NCBI GenBank assembly: GCA_963663225.1
Contig: OY760142.1
Location: 3,104,001-3,168,000, forward strand
Source of the DNA: Nitrospirota bacterium
GTDB lineage: Bacteria > Nitrospirota > UBA9217
Length of the DNA stretch: 64,000 nt
Reading direction: 5' to 3'
Part shown: positions 10,953 to 20,517 of the stretch, piece by piece
Layout: every line of letters starts with the position of its first letter
Numbering within the stretch: the first letter of the stretch is position 1
Position numbers and translations under genes: made by a program
The notes under the pieces: model-generated
What the model was told of the DNA's origin: nothing
The model's input: only the letters and a program-made list of their open reading frames with translations
The model's database searches: none

Positions 10953-11516
10953 TCAGTCAGTTTTTCCAGATGTATTCTGCTGATCATTTCCAACAATCTT
11001 TGCACCCCGCGCAATATATTGGATACCGGACGCTACCGTGAAGCCTGCTGTTACCCAATATAACAGCTGCATCCAGGGGGTTTTAATTCCGTAAATTCTC
11101 AGAATAAGCGAAAGCGTCACGGTAAGAAGCTGGAAAACAGTTGTTGCTTTGCCTGCGATAGAGGGTTGGGCCTTGAACTCATGCCCCATGTAATAGATTA
11201 CGATGCTGCCGAGCACGAGGATCACGTCCCGGCTTACGACGACCATAACAAGCCATACCGGCAAAATTCCGTTCAACACAAGGGTAACGAACGCAGAAAC
11301 GATCAGGAGCTTATCGGCAATCGGATCGAGAAAAGCCCCCAAATCCGTTTTTTTATTGGTAAGCCGCGCAATCATGCCGTCCAAAGCGTCCGTTACACAG
11401 GCAAGCAAAAAAACAGCGGTTGCAATACGGTAATGATGGTAAATCATCAAACCAATAAAAAAAGGCGCAATTACGATGCGTACCAGGGTAATGAAATTCG
11501 GAAGGTTCATGAACAC
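10953..11516 (-). CDS. CDP-alcohol phosphatidyltransferase (PgsA-like)
   Basis: NLPNFITLVR and DALDGMIAR...GAFLDPIADK signature. Confidence 0.9.
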   Translation of the reverse strand: MFMNLPNFITLVRIVIAPFFIGLMIYHHYRIATAVFLLACVTDALDGMIARLTNKKTDLGAFLDPIADKLLIVSAFVTLVLNGILPVWLVMVVVSRDVILVLGSIVIYYMGHEFKAQPSIAGKATTVFQLLTVTLSLILRIYGIKTPWMQLLYWVTAGFTVASGIQYIARGAKIVGNDQQNTSGKTD

Positions 11517-12081
11517 TCCGCTGCAGGCTTTATTAAAACATCTTTTTAATATTAACCATACTTATTTTGGTTGTCAACCTTTTTCTTTTTGTTTTTATTG
11601 TATAAGATATATTTTTTATGATTTAAAGTAGCACTATGGTAGGACATACCAGCAAAAAAAAATTGGAACTGGGCAATTTAACAGATGGCTATGGCTCAGT
11701 CATATTATAACAACATATTGTTTTATAACAACTAAATAAACAAATAATTCTTACGCAGCCTTTTCAACACAAAACAAGTATTTTTTTTACTACAAAAAAA
11801 TAGCAAAAAGTTGCTCTTTAACAAAAACAAATATTTATTGTTGAATGAGTAATTGTCCCCTCTTGTAGAGGTTTGAGGACAACTACCAAGAGATAATGTG
11901 CTTTTACATTTTTTGATAATTACAACAGAGAATCTGCATTATATAGGTAGGAAGACAAACAACTGCAGATAAGCGCCTGGCATGCCGGGGAAAAGTTTCT
12001 TAATCTACCTATCTGTAACACCTACAATCCAAGCGTTAGCAAATCGTCAACAGCATAGCAGAATACCAGTTGTCTCTCACA

Positions 12082-12139
12082 CATGAACACGCAGGTGAGG
12101 AGCGTGTCTTTCGCGACTCACTCGACCCGGTCGTTGGTT
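12082..12139 (-). repeat. attC-like imperfect palindrome
   Basis: Minus strand AAC-gaccg-GGTCGAG...CTCACC-tgcgt-GTT, 58 bp, with an extrahelical G on the opposite strand; lies just 3' of the ORF ending at 12179. Confidence 0.5.
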
Positions 12140-12178
12140 TGTTGTCCGTTTATCTACTATGGTTTATTTGTCACGCTC

Positions 12179-12550
12179 TCAGGTGCTTGGCTTGATATCT
12201 TTCCGCTTTATCCTTCTCATTATGAATCCAGCAACAATACTGACTATGATCAGCAGAACGAGCAAATAACTGACAACAACATAAATTTTCCCGGCCTCTA
12301 TTACGATGTCGCGACCGACATAAGGATCGAGAATTTCTTCTATTAATCCGTAAAAATAGAATGCAGCAATCGCTCCGGGTAACCATAATAGACGCGGTTT
12401 ATAACGCGCAGACAAGAAACATAAAACAGCACCTGCGAAGCCCCATATCAAGTTGGTTAATAATGTTGGTTCCTTATCCATAACTTCGGCTTGTGCAGGG
12501 CTGGACAATGCAAGGAGACAAACAAATATTTGGAGGTAAACAGTTCTCAT
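12179..12550 (-). CDS. Hypothetical membrane protein with signal peptide
   Basis: Likely start MRTVYLQ; AQA-EV signal site, three hydrophobic helices. Confidence 0.65.
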   Translation of the reverse strand: MRTVYLQIFVCLLALSSPAQAEVMDKEPTLLTNLIWGFAGAVLCFLSARYKPRLLWLPGAIAAFYFYGLIEEILDPYVGRDIVIEAGKIYVVVSYLLVLLIIVSIVAGFIMRRIKRKDIKPST

Positions 12551-12813
12551 TTTTTTCAAAACCAACCAGTCATTGAGCAGACCCCGTATGTTAACGCGCA
12601 TATCTACGGGGTCTATTTAACACTGCAAAATGTGTGCATAGTTAGGTGGTATAGACTTCTGATTAATTTATTGCAAGATTATGTTACGAATATAGGCTTT
12701 CTACTGTTCTCTGCCAACGATGTTGAGACAGCTTTTCAGGAAGTGTTTTCAGTTTCGGGATGAAACATACAATCCGGTGTAGCTGATTAAAACAAGAAGT
12801 ACAGGAAGCATTC

Positions 12814-13275
12814 TTATGGCGTTATCACTATATCATCTGCAATAGGAAGTAGTTCACCTTCCTTTAATTTCATCGGCGGTCGTGGAAGGTGAGCTTCTCT
12901 AAAATGCTGAGCAAAGCAACGTGATACAGCTGTACTTGGCTCAACCTCGACAGAAGAAACCACTCCAGATGCCGACACATCAGCGACAAACGTGAATCTG
13001 CCAAGATTGGCAGATTCGGATGAGCCTATCGGGATACATGTATGAAGGATTGTACCCATGACCTCTCCCCAGGATGCTTCATATTGCTGTCCCTCTGGAC
13101 TTCCCAATGCCTGTTTTCCAGCCTTGGCTCGAGCAGCAAAATCACTGGCATAAACCGTCCCAACAAAGAAAATAATTGATACCAATAAACATCCAATACA
13201 CTTCGGCCAATAATCGAATCGATTGTCTCGGCATTTCATAACAATACCTCCTATATAGGCTTGTGTATCTTTCAA
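12814..13275 (-). CDS. Hypothetical exported protein
   Basis: Signal-like hydrophobic stretch and paired Cys; start uncertain. Confidence 0.6.
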   Translation of the reverse strand: MKDTQAYIGGIVMKCRDNRFDYWPKCIGCLLVSIIFFVGTVYASDFAARAKAGKQALGSPEGQQYEASWGEVMGTILHTCIPIGSSESANLGRFTFVADVSASGVVSSVEVEPSTAVSRCFAQHFREAHLPRPPMKLKEGELLPIADDIVITP

Positions 13276-13419
13276 GCGATCTTGCTTTTGAACATCGCAT
13301 CGGTGAACGATACATCATCAAGAATACACGATGCGTTCAACAATACAACATCAAAACTGCATACTCGCTTTCATCACGAGGTGTGCAGAAATCAGGAAGG
13401 AACAAATCAAGGCTTCTTT

Positions 13420-14034
13420 TTACTTATGTTTGATTTTAATGGATCTCTCCCTAGTGTCCTCACCTGATAATTCTTTATAAAGACTATACTTATAAAACAG
13501 TTTCTCTTTTTCAGTGTCGAGCCTTGTTATAATAAAACCCGGCCCAGGGTTACTCGTTGTAAATTTTTTTCCCGATGGAACAATTTGTTTATAACTCCTC
13601 CTGACTAAATCAAGTTCATAAATGACTCCAGAACCATATATACCTGATGTAGCGATATACAGTGTCATACCATCGGGTCCCCAAGCATAACTTGTAACAT
13701 CTGAAGCCCATACGGGATCCTGCCACATCCTGTTCCCGAGCGACCAAATTTTATAAAAGCTATTTTTCTCAGATTCTGACAACTTGCGCACAAAATCGGT
13801 CGGACTTGGTGCTTCCATATGTCCATAATAAACTAGTCCGGCATAATTACCCACAGCATCTTCGCAAAAAAGTATAATTGCCATCGGTCCACTCGGTTGC
13901 TGATGCAAGCCTTGCTTACAACCGTCTTTTTCTAGTATCCACATTTGAGCGGTTGGTGTTTCACTTTTAGCAGCGTTAGAAAAGAGCATAGTTGCTAATA
14001 TGAAGAAAAACGATAATATTGCTATTTTAGGCAT
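13420..14034 (-). CDS. Hypothetical exported protein
   Basis: N-terminal signal peptide, SD GAGG upstream, low GC. Confidence 0.7.
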   Translation of the reverse strand: MPKIAILSFFFILATMLFSNAAKSETPTAQMWILEKDGCKQGLHQQPSGPMAIILFCEDAVGNYAGLVYYGHMEAPSPTDFVRKLSESEKNSFYKIWSLGNRMWQDPVWASDVTSYAWGPDGMTLYIATSGIYGSGVIYELDLVRRSYKQIVPSGKKFTTSNPGPGFIITRLDTEKEKLFYKYSLYKELSGEDTRERSIKIKHK

Positions 14035-14130
14035 CTATTTTGTCCTCTAATTCCAGTAGTACTATGCAATCCAGCACACCCGGACATTTTGCAACCTTCA
14101 GGAAGACTTCTTTATATTTGACTCGCCACG

Positions 14131-14718
14131 TTAATGCTTACCGATATAGTTCATAATATCGCCAACCACGGCCTCGATCGCACCGTGTAGTGTTGTGCCT
14201 GATCGACCAAAATTGCGGAATTTGGCAACAGCCCTGTTATTATCATCGCGCAATTCCATCTCAACCCCGACGCCGGCCAGACTTTGATGCCTCCCTACAT
14301 AAGGAATCAATCTCCTTACTCGGCTGTACTCTTGCGCTTCATAAATACAAATAAGAGCTGTCAAGGTCCCTTTAGCTTCTTTTTCACTGATGGCGACAGA
14401 GTAATCCTCGACAACATCTTTAGCAGTCGCTGCCAGTGACGCGCTTCTAACCTCCGACCTGTTTTCACTAGTACCAACCTTAATTTTGTATAATGAAAGT
14501 TTCACTGATGGGTCGATCCATATCCAATTAACACCATCACCTTCTACTAAATTTGAATAATCATCAATAATAGCTTTCGGAAAATCTCTACGATATTCAC
14601 GACTATCAATAAATCTTTGCGGTTCTGACCAAGATGTTAACGGTATAGTTAATGTCATAATAAGAATAAGCAATATTAAGCGATTTGGAGTATTTTTAAT
14701 TGTATGAAATATATACAC
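14131..14718 (-). CDS. Hypothetical exported protein
   Basis: SD AGGAGG upstream, signal-like segment. Confidence 0.7.
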   Translation of the reverse strand: MYIFHTIKNTPNRLILLILIMTLTIPLTSWSEPQRFIDSREYRRDFPKAIIDDYSNLVEGDGVNWIWIDPSVKLSLYKIKVGTSENRSEVRSASLAATAKDVVEDYSVAISEKEAKGTLTALICIYEAQEYSRVRRLIPYVGRHQSLAGVGVEMELRDDNNRAVAKFRNFGRSGTTLHGAIEAVVGDIMNYIGKH

Positions 14719-15407
14719 GACAAAATCCTCCTTCTATTTAGCCTATTTGAGTCCAGTTTGTCGGTTGGGTAGAACGAAGTGAAATTAAATATCTCTTTTA
14801 TGTGTCTTGCCGGTTCTCATATTCAGAGCGCCGATACCATAATCAAGACTGTCGGGTGAAGCAGAGCAAAACACGACCTCCCGACTATACTTAACAATGA
14901 TTCAAGAAAACTACATCAAAGTTTTATTCGAGCAACTCCCTAGAAAATGCAGAATTCAGGAAAAGTTTAGTATTTATTATATGCATTGTCAAATAGATAA
15001 AACAAAATAATTCGCTCAATCATAACCGAGATGCCAGCTTTAACTCTCATCGTATTCGTAGCAATCATAAAGACGGCGACAGACCTGTCCGAAGCTTCAC
15101 TTTCTTATCAGGGACTGAGACCACTACATTCCCTTTCAGCCGAGCAAAGGATTGATTGCCCGTATAGAATCAGCAAAACATGATATTACGAAACAGACTT
15201 ACAAAATACTTGATAAAAACCTTAGTACTACTTCCACCAATGAGTAATAAAGCTACATAGTCTATAGGAAAAAACAGCATATTACACAGTATTTTTTTAC
15301 TTAAAAATACGTAACTTATTGAAAACACAATGGTGGCATGGCCTGTGCAGTAACAATTTGCAAATAACGTTAACACGGCCACAATCAACGCCGGGAAGGA
15401 GAACGCC

Positions 15408-17117
15408 ATGAGAGTAGCAGAAGCCATCGTAAAAATAATGGAGAACGAAGGGGTAACCGATGTATTCGGTATTCCCGGCGCGGGGATAAACCCGGTATAC
15501 AAATATCTTGCAGATTCGCATACCATCACGCATTATACGATGCGGCATGAGGAGGCGGCGACTCACGCTGCGGACGCTTATTATCGGGCAAGTGGACGGA
15601 TGTCCGTCGCGCTCTGCACGTCCGGCCCGGGGGCGACGAATTTTATTACCGGCTTGTATACGGCATACGCGGATTCTATTCCATTCATTGCCATTACCGG
15701 ACAGTGCGCCACATCCATGTTTGGGAAGGAAGCGTTCCAGTACGTGGACATCGTGGCCATGGCCAAACCGGTCGCAAAGGCCGCATGGTGCATTACCAAG
15801 GCTGAGGACGCACCGAGAATCATGCGGGAGGCGTTTCGGACCGCGCGGGAAGGACGGCCAGGCCCGGTTCTCATCGATCTGCCCCTGGACGTGCAGATGG
15901 CAGAAATCGAGTACGATATGGAAAAAGACGCGCCGCTGCCTCTCCCGGTCGTCAGTCCTGACCGCGACCAGATTACGAAGGCGGTCGAGCTCTTGAGACA
16001 GGCAAAGGCACCAGTTATGATCATGGGCGGTGGTGTCGTGTTGTCCAATGCGGTCAAAGACAGCATTGAGTTCGCAGAGTTCATGCGGCTGCCGGTCATA
16101 ACGACCTACATGGCGAAGGGCGGCATGCCAGTCAATCATCCGCTCAACGCAGGACATATGGGAACTCAGGTTGGAACCCCTTTGGGCAACCGCATATTCC
16201 TGGAATCCGACGTGGTTCTGGGGATAGGTTGCCGCTTCGGCGATCGGCATACCGGTGACCTTAAAGTTTATGTCGGAGACAGAAAGTTCATCCATATCGA
16301 TATCGACCCCGGTCAGATCAATAGGATAGTCAAAGCGGATATCGGTATTGTATCGGATGCGAAACTCGCGCTGCAGGCACTTCTGGATGAAGCACGAACA
16401 ACGGGTCCGCGGCAGAAGGCTTCGGAACGGGTGAGAGACATCCCCCGGCTCCGGGAGGCTCTGAAGAGAAAAACAAATTACAGTGAAAATCCGATGAAGC
16501 CTCAGCGGGTCTTTCACGAAATGAATAAATTCTTTTTCCTGGCGGACAAAAAAACGATCTTTACAACAGGATGCGGTTTGGCCCAGATATGGTCCGGTCA
16601 GCTCCAGGAAGTCGGAGAACCGCGCCACTATTTACCGTCGGGCGGGGCCGGCACGCTTGGATTCGACATTCCCGCTGCGATCGGAGCCAAGATAGCGAAG
16701 CCTGATCATAACGTGGTGGCAGTTCTGGGAGATTTCGGTTTCACATTCATGGTTGAAGAGCTCGCGGTGGCCGCGGCTCAGAAAATACCCATCATTGTGG
16801 TGATAGTGAACAACGCATACCTCGGCCTCATTCGGCAGGGCCAGAAGTATGGACTGCAGTTTGAATACGGCGTTTCCATGGAAGAGAACCAGACTGAGAT
16901 CGATTATGTCAAGGTCGCAGAGGGGTTCGGGTGCAGGGCTGAACGCATAACGGATCCGGAAGAAATCTCGGCAGCGCTTGAACGGGCTGTCTTGTCGAGA
17001 AAGCCCACGGTCATCGATATTATTGTTGAACGGGATACGGATTGTTCGATGGGTCCGAGCATCGCGGCAGTGCGGGAATTCTCCGAGGAGGTTGCACATT
17101 CCTTGGTAACGGCGTGA
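15408..17117 (+). CDS. gcl: ThDP-dependent enzyme, glyoxylate carboligase-like
   Basis: FGIPGAGINP, SGPGATN, GDFGFTFMVEELAV...NNAYLGLIRQ (Gcl-type C-terminus); SD GGAAGGAG. Confidence 0.7.
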   Translation: MRVAEAIVKIMENEGVTDVFGIPGAGINPVYKYLADSHTITHYTMRHEEAATHAADAYYRASGRMSVALCTSGPGATNFITGLYTAYADSIPFIAITGQCATSMFGKEAFQYVDIVAMAKPVAKAAWCITKAEDAPRIMREAFRTAREGRPGPVLIDLPLDVQMAEIEYDMEKDAPLPLPVVSPDRDQITKAVELLRQAKAPVMIMGGGVVLSNAVKDSIEFAEFMRLPVITTYMAKGGMPVNHPLNAGHMGTQVGTPLGNRIFLESDVVLGIGCRFGDRHTGDLKVYVGDRKFIHIDIDPGQINRIVKADIGIVSDAKLALQALLDEARTTGPRQKASERVRDIPRLREALKRKTNYSENPMKPQRVFHEMNKFFFLADKKTIFTTGCGLAQIWSGQLQEVGEPRHYLPSGGAGTLGFDIPAAIGAKIAKPDHNVVAVLGDFGFTFMVEELAVAAAQKIPIIVVIVNNAYLGLIRQGQKYGLQFEYGVSMEENQTEIDYVKVAEGFGCRAERITDPEEISAALERAVLSRKPTVIDIIVERDTDCSMGPSIAAVREFSEEVAHSLVTA

Positions 17118-17288
17118 ACTGCAGGAGAACGGAACGGCATCCTTGATCCACGCTGGTATCTTTGCCGACCATAAGCAAGACGCTAAAGTACAGGTATCCA
17201 TTGAATGGTCATGGTTAGTACGTACAGGATCCAGCGTACCCTGAGTGCAAATGGATATCATTTTGCGAGTTTTTTAGGATTATAAATG

Positions 17289-17326
17289 AATAAGGCTTCC
17301 AAGCTACTGGAAGCCTTATTTTTTTT
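17289..17326 (+). terminator. Intrinsic terminator, probably bidirectional
   Basis: AATAAGGCTTCCA-agctac-TGGAAGCCTTATT followed by a T-run; abuts the displaced tRNA 3' end. Confidence 0.8.
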
Positions 17327-17327
17327 A

Positions 17328-17375
17328 TGGAGCCGGCGATCCGGGTTGAACGGACGACCTGCTGATTACGAATCA
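17328..17375 (-). repeat. Left att junction: displaced 3' half of tRNA-Thr
   Basis: 44/48 identical to 62710-62757; perfect 23-bp core GACGACCTGCTGATTACGAATCA at 17353-17375. Confidence 0.93.
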
Positions 17376-17540
17376 TATGTGCGTTTTATTTCGTTTTTAT
17401 ATTCATGCAGTTATGAGGCTTTTTACCGTCTTATAAGACAGGAGGTGATGAATATGGGCAATGGTGGCGGGAAAAAGAAGCCAAGCAAGCCTCGCGGCGG
17501 ATGCTAAGAAGCAAAAATCTCATTCAGGAGGAAAAAGAGT

Positions 17541-17897
17541 ATGGGCGTTATTGTTCCAACAGTAGGAAGAAAGGTTTGGTATCGTCCTGGCGGTGAACAG
17601 GACTTGATCATGTCGGTTAACGGCCAGGATCCGCTTGACGCAACTATTGTTGCGGTGCACAGCGATAAAATGGTGAATCTCGTCGTATTCGATTCGAACG
17701 GTACTCAATTCGTTCGTCACTCCGTCGAACTCGTACAGGCAGAGGATACGAAACCTGATGGTATAGGTTTCTGTCATTGGATGCCGTACCAGATTGGCCA
17801 GGCTGCAAAAACTGAAGAAGTAATGTCGACAGCAATGGTCAAGCCGGTTCCTATCGGGAAAAGCCCGAAAACCGCAACAGGAGATGTAGGAGAGTAA
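17541..17897 (+). CDS. Conserved phage hypothetical protein
   Basis: SD AGGAGG; PTVGRKVWY...VNLVVFD...WMPYQ pattern typical of a small phage family. Confidence 0.75.
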   Translation: MGVIVPTVGRKVWYRPGGEQDLIMSVNGQDPLDATIVAVHSDKMVNLVVFDSNGTQFVRHSVELVQAEDTKPDGIGFCHWMPYQIGQAAKTEEVMSTAMVKPVPIGKSPKTATGDVGE

Positions 17898-18359
17898 TTT
17901 TTTTTGTGTCTATGATTAATACTTTTGTTGTATGAATTGGAAGGACGGGGGTAAACCACGGCGATCCAATTCAGATGTGCCGGAAGCGCGGTTTCTCATG
18001 CCGGCGGGGTGGGTGCGAAGGATTAGAGCCCGAGATGGTGAGGTTTCCGGACCTCAAGACAGTCTGATCCAACTGGCAGCGCCGGAAAACGTCTGCCAGC
18101 CCATAAAGCCAACCGACTCACACCGGGGCAAAAGGCTTATTATCGGGTATGCACGAACAGAATTGTCCAAAACGGTCAATTTTGCCTGGGAGTGCTATGC
18201 CCGAATAGCTCCCAATCTACAACCGAAGCATATAGATGCAAAAGATTTAGAATCTTATATATATATAGTACAAACACCTCGTTTTCCCCCATTTTTTCGC
18301 AAAAATCTCATATTTTCAACAATTTCCAGCCATAAACTCCACTTATTTCACTTCATTAC

Positions 18360-18388
18360 TTGACAAAGTAATACTTTAGTGCTATTCG
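18360..18388 (+). promoter_or_regulatory. Sigma70-type promoter of the packaging/virion operon with operator-like palindrome
   Basis: TTGACA-17bp-TATTCG with AAAGTAATACTTT (18365-18377) in the spacer. Confidence 0.55.
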
Positions 18389-18434
18389 TTCGCTCAAAAG
18401 TGTTGCAAATTTACCACAGTTTAAAAAAACGGAC

Positions 18435-18809
18435 ATGGCGAAGCGGATAACCGACGAATCGGCTCAAGAAAACTCAAAAAAGGCCATCAACTCACTCTCC
18501 AAGGAGGCGAAGAAGGTAGGCAAATTTCTGCTTGGCGTCATTAACGGATCCGTCGGGGATGAAGTTTTCGACAAAGACGGAAATCCAATTCTAGACAAAA
18601 GCGGAAAGCAGATCAAACGCAAGGCCACTCTGCAGGTCCGGGTACAGGCTGCCAGAACGTACAAAGAACTGATCCTTGACAAGATTGTGCCGGATAAAAA
18701 GCACGATCCAAAAGTAAAGAACAAGGACGCAAATACATTTGCTGAGGCATTAAGGCAGGTGCATGAAGAGCAAGTACAGCAAGCCGCTGCGAACGCGGAA
18801 AAAAACTGA
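18435..18809 (+). CDS. Probable terminase small subunit
   Basis: Small basic ORF immediately upstream of TerL; assigned by position. Confidence 0.55.
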   Translation: MAKRITDESAQENSKKAINSLSKEAKKVGKFLLGVINGSVGDEVFDKDGNPILDKSGKQIKRKATLQVRVQAARTYKELILDKIVPDKKHDPKVKNKDANTFAEALRQVHEEQVQQAAANAEKN

Positions 18810-18886
18810 CCGCTCGCCCCTTGTGTGAGAGTAATCGGGACATGGGGGTGTCGTAGGCTCCCGAAGCGGAACCCTAAAGGAGAAAA

Positions 18887-20305
18887 ATGGTTGTTCAAGT
18901 AAATAACGTGAACGACCAACTTGTAGAAATATCGCGGTCCTTCTGGAACGACAGAGTAGGATTCGTCAAAACTATTTTCAAAACCACTCCCACCGAACAA
19001 CAAGGCAACGCTCTCCGGGCACTCGACACAGAAGATTTCATATCAGTTGCGTCCGGCCATGGTTGCGGAAAGTCCACCGTAGAAGCATGGCTTATCTGGC
19101 ATTATCTCTGCTGCAGATACTTCCCAAAAATCCCCTGCACCGCACCGTCAAAACATCAGCTGTACGACGTTCTTTGGGCCGAAATTTCGAAATGGCACCG
19201 GAAGATGAGCCCTATTTACCGGTTTCAATTCGAGTGGACAAAAGAAAAAGTATTTAATGTTGACTTCCCTGAGGAGTGGTTTGCGGCCGCCAGGACCGCC
19301 ACAAAAGAGAATCCTGACGCTCTGCAGGGTATCCACGCTGATTATGTTTTGCGTGTCGTCGACGAGGCCAGCGGCGTACCAGAACCAATATTTGAAGTTT
19401 CCGACGGCGCTCACGGAAAAATTGAAACGAAAGAAATTATGTGCGGCAACCCGACGAAGTTGGAGGGTACTTTCTTTCGATCACACCATAAGGACAAGGA
19501 CCACTACCGCACATTTCAATGGTCCTGCCTGGACAGCCCTATTGCACCAAAGCGTTATGCAATACGCATGGAGCGCAAATACGGCAAGGACTCGAATATC
19601 TATCGCGTCCGCGTCCTGGGCCTGTTCCCTCTGGCAGATGGCGATTCGTTTATCCCCTTCTATCTCGTAGAAGATGCAAGGCACCGCGACATTATTCCTC
19701 AAGTCGGAATGCCCGTTGTGTTCGGTGTTGACGTCGCTCGGTACGGAGACGATTCAACGGTTATAGCAATACGGCAGGGCGACGAATTCAAGCCATATCA
19801 CACTCTCCGAAACAAAAACAACATGGAAGTTGCCGGCTACGTTGCCGCTCTCGCGAACGATCATAAGCCCACTCAAATTTTCATTGATGTTATCGGAGTA
19901 GGCGCCGGAGTCCATGACAGGCTCGAAGAGCTTGGATATCCGGTTGTCGGGATAAACGTGTCCGAGGCCCCGGCGTACAGCACGAACAAATACCGCCGAC
20001 TGCGCGACGAGCTTTGGGGAAATATGCGGACCTGGCTAGAAGCAAGGCGCGGAAAACTGTGGGACAACAGCGAAGAGGATCTTCTTGGACAGATTACCAC
20101 CCCGAAATATTCAATGACTTCCAATGGGCTCATCGTAATTGAGAGCAAGGATGATTTGAAAAAACGAGGCTTTGAATCTCCGAATATTGCCGACGCCCAC
20201 AATCTTACCTTTGCAATGCCTGTTTCCTATTACACGAAGCCCGATACCGGAATGTATGACGATGAAGAAGATAATCGGCCTTTTGATCCGGAGGTTGGTT
20301 ACTGA
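18887..20305 (+). CDS. terL: Terminase large subunit
   Basis: Walker A SGHGCGKS, Walker B VVDEASG, GNP motif, nuclease GVDVARYGDDS and SPNIADA. Confidence 0.95.
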   Translation: MVVQVNNVNDQLVEISRSFWNDRVGFVKTIFKTTPTEQQGNALRALDTEDFISVASGHGCGKSTVEAWLIWHYLCCRYFPKIPCTAPSKHQLYDVLWAEISKWHRKMSPIYRFQFEWTKEKVFNVDFPEEWFAAARTATKENPDALQGIHADYVLRVVDEASGVPEPIFEVSDGAHGKIETKEIMCGNPTKLEGTFFRSHHKDKDHYRTFQWSCLDSPIAPKRYAIRMERKYGKDSNIYRVRVLGLFPLADGDSFIPFYLVEDARHRDIIPQVGMPVVFGVDVARYGDDSTVIAIRQGDEFKPYHTLRNKNNMEVAGYVAALANDHKPTQIFIDVIGVGAGVHDRLEELGYPVVGINVSEAPAYSTNKYRRLRDELWGNMRTWLEARRGKLWDNSEEDLLGQITTPKYSMTSNGLIVIESKDDLKKRGFESPNIADAHNLTFAMPVSYYTKPDTGMYDDEEDNRPFDPEVGY

Positions 20306-20514
20306 TGGCGGAACCAAAGTTGAAGTTGATAAACAGCCCCATGACCAGAGATGCAAGGAAAGTTTTAGAAGATGCAATTGCAGAGGATTTTGAAACCGTA
20401 ATTATTTTTGGTTTCAAGGACGGAATGGTTACAACCACGGCATCACGCAGAAAAAACTCGCTTGAAATCCTTGGAGCATTGGAAGCGGCCAAATGTTCTA
20501 TTTGGGAGAGATAG
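20305..20514 (+). CDS. Small phage hypothetical protein
   Basis: Translationally coupled between terL and portal. Confidence 0.65.
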   Translation: MAEPKLKLINSPMTRDARKVLEDAIAEDFETVIIFGFKDGMVTTTASRRKNSLEILGALEAAKCSIWER

Positions 20515-20517
20515 GCA

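Noticed and set aside
15297-16628. 443-aa minus-strand ORF
   Set aside because: Antisense shadow of the Gcl-like gene with no recognisable motifs.
17932-18363. 143-aa plus-strand ORF
   Set aside because: No SD, atypical composition, and it runs through hairpins and the late promoter.
18810-18870. HDV/theta-like ribozyme between terS and terL
   Set aside because: P2/P3-like pieces exist (CCGCT/AGCGG), but I found no upstream P1 strand.
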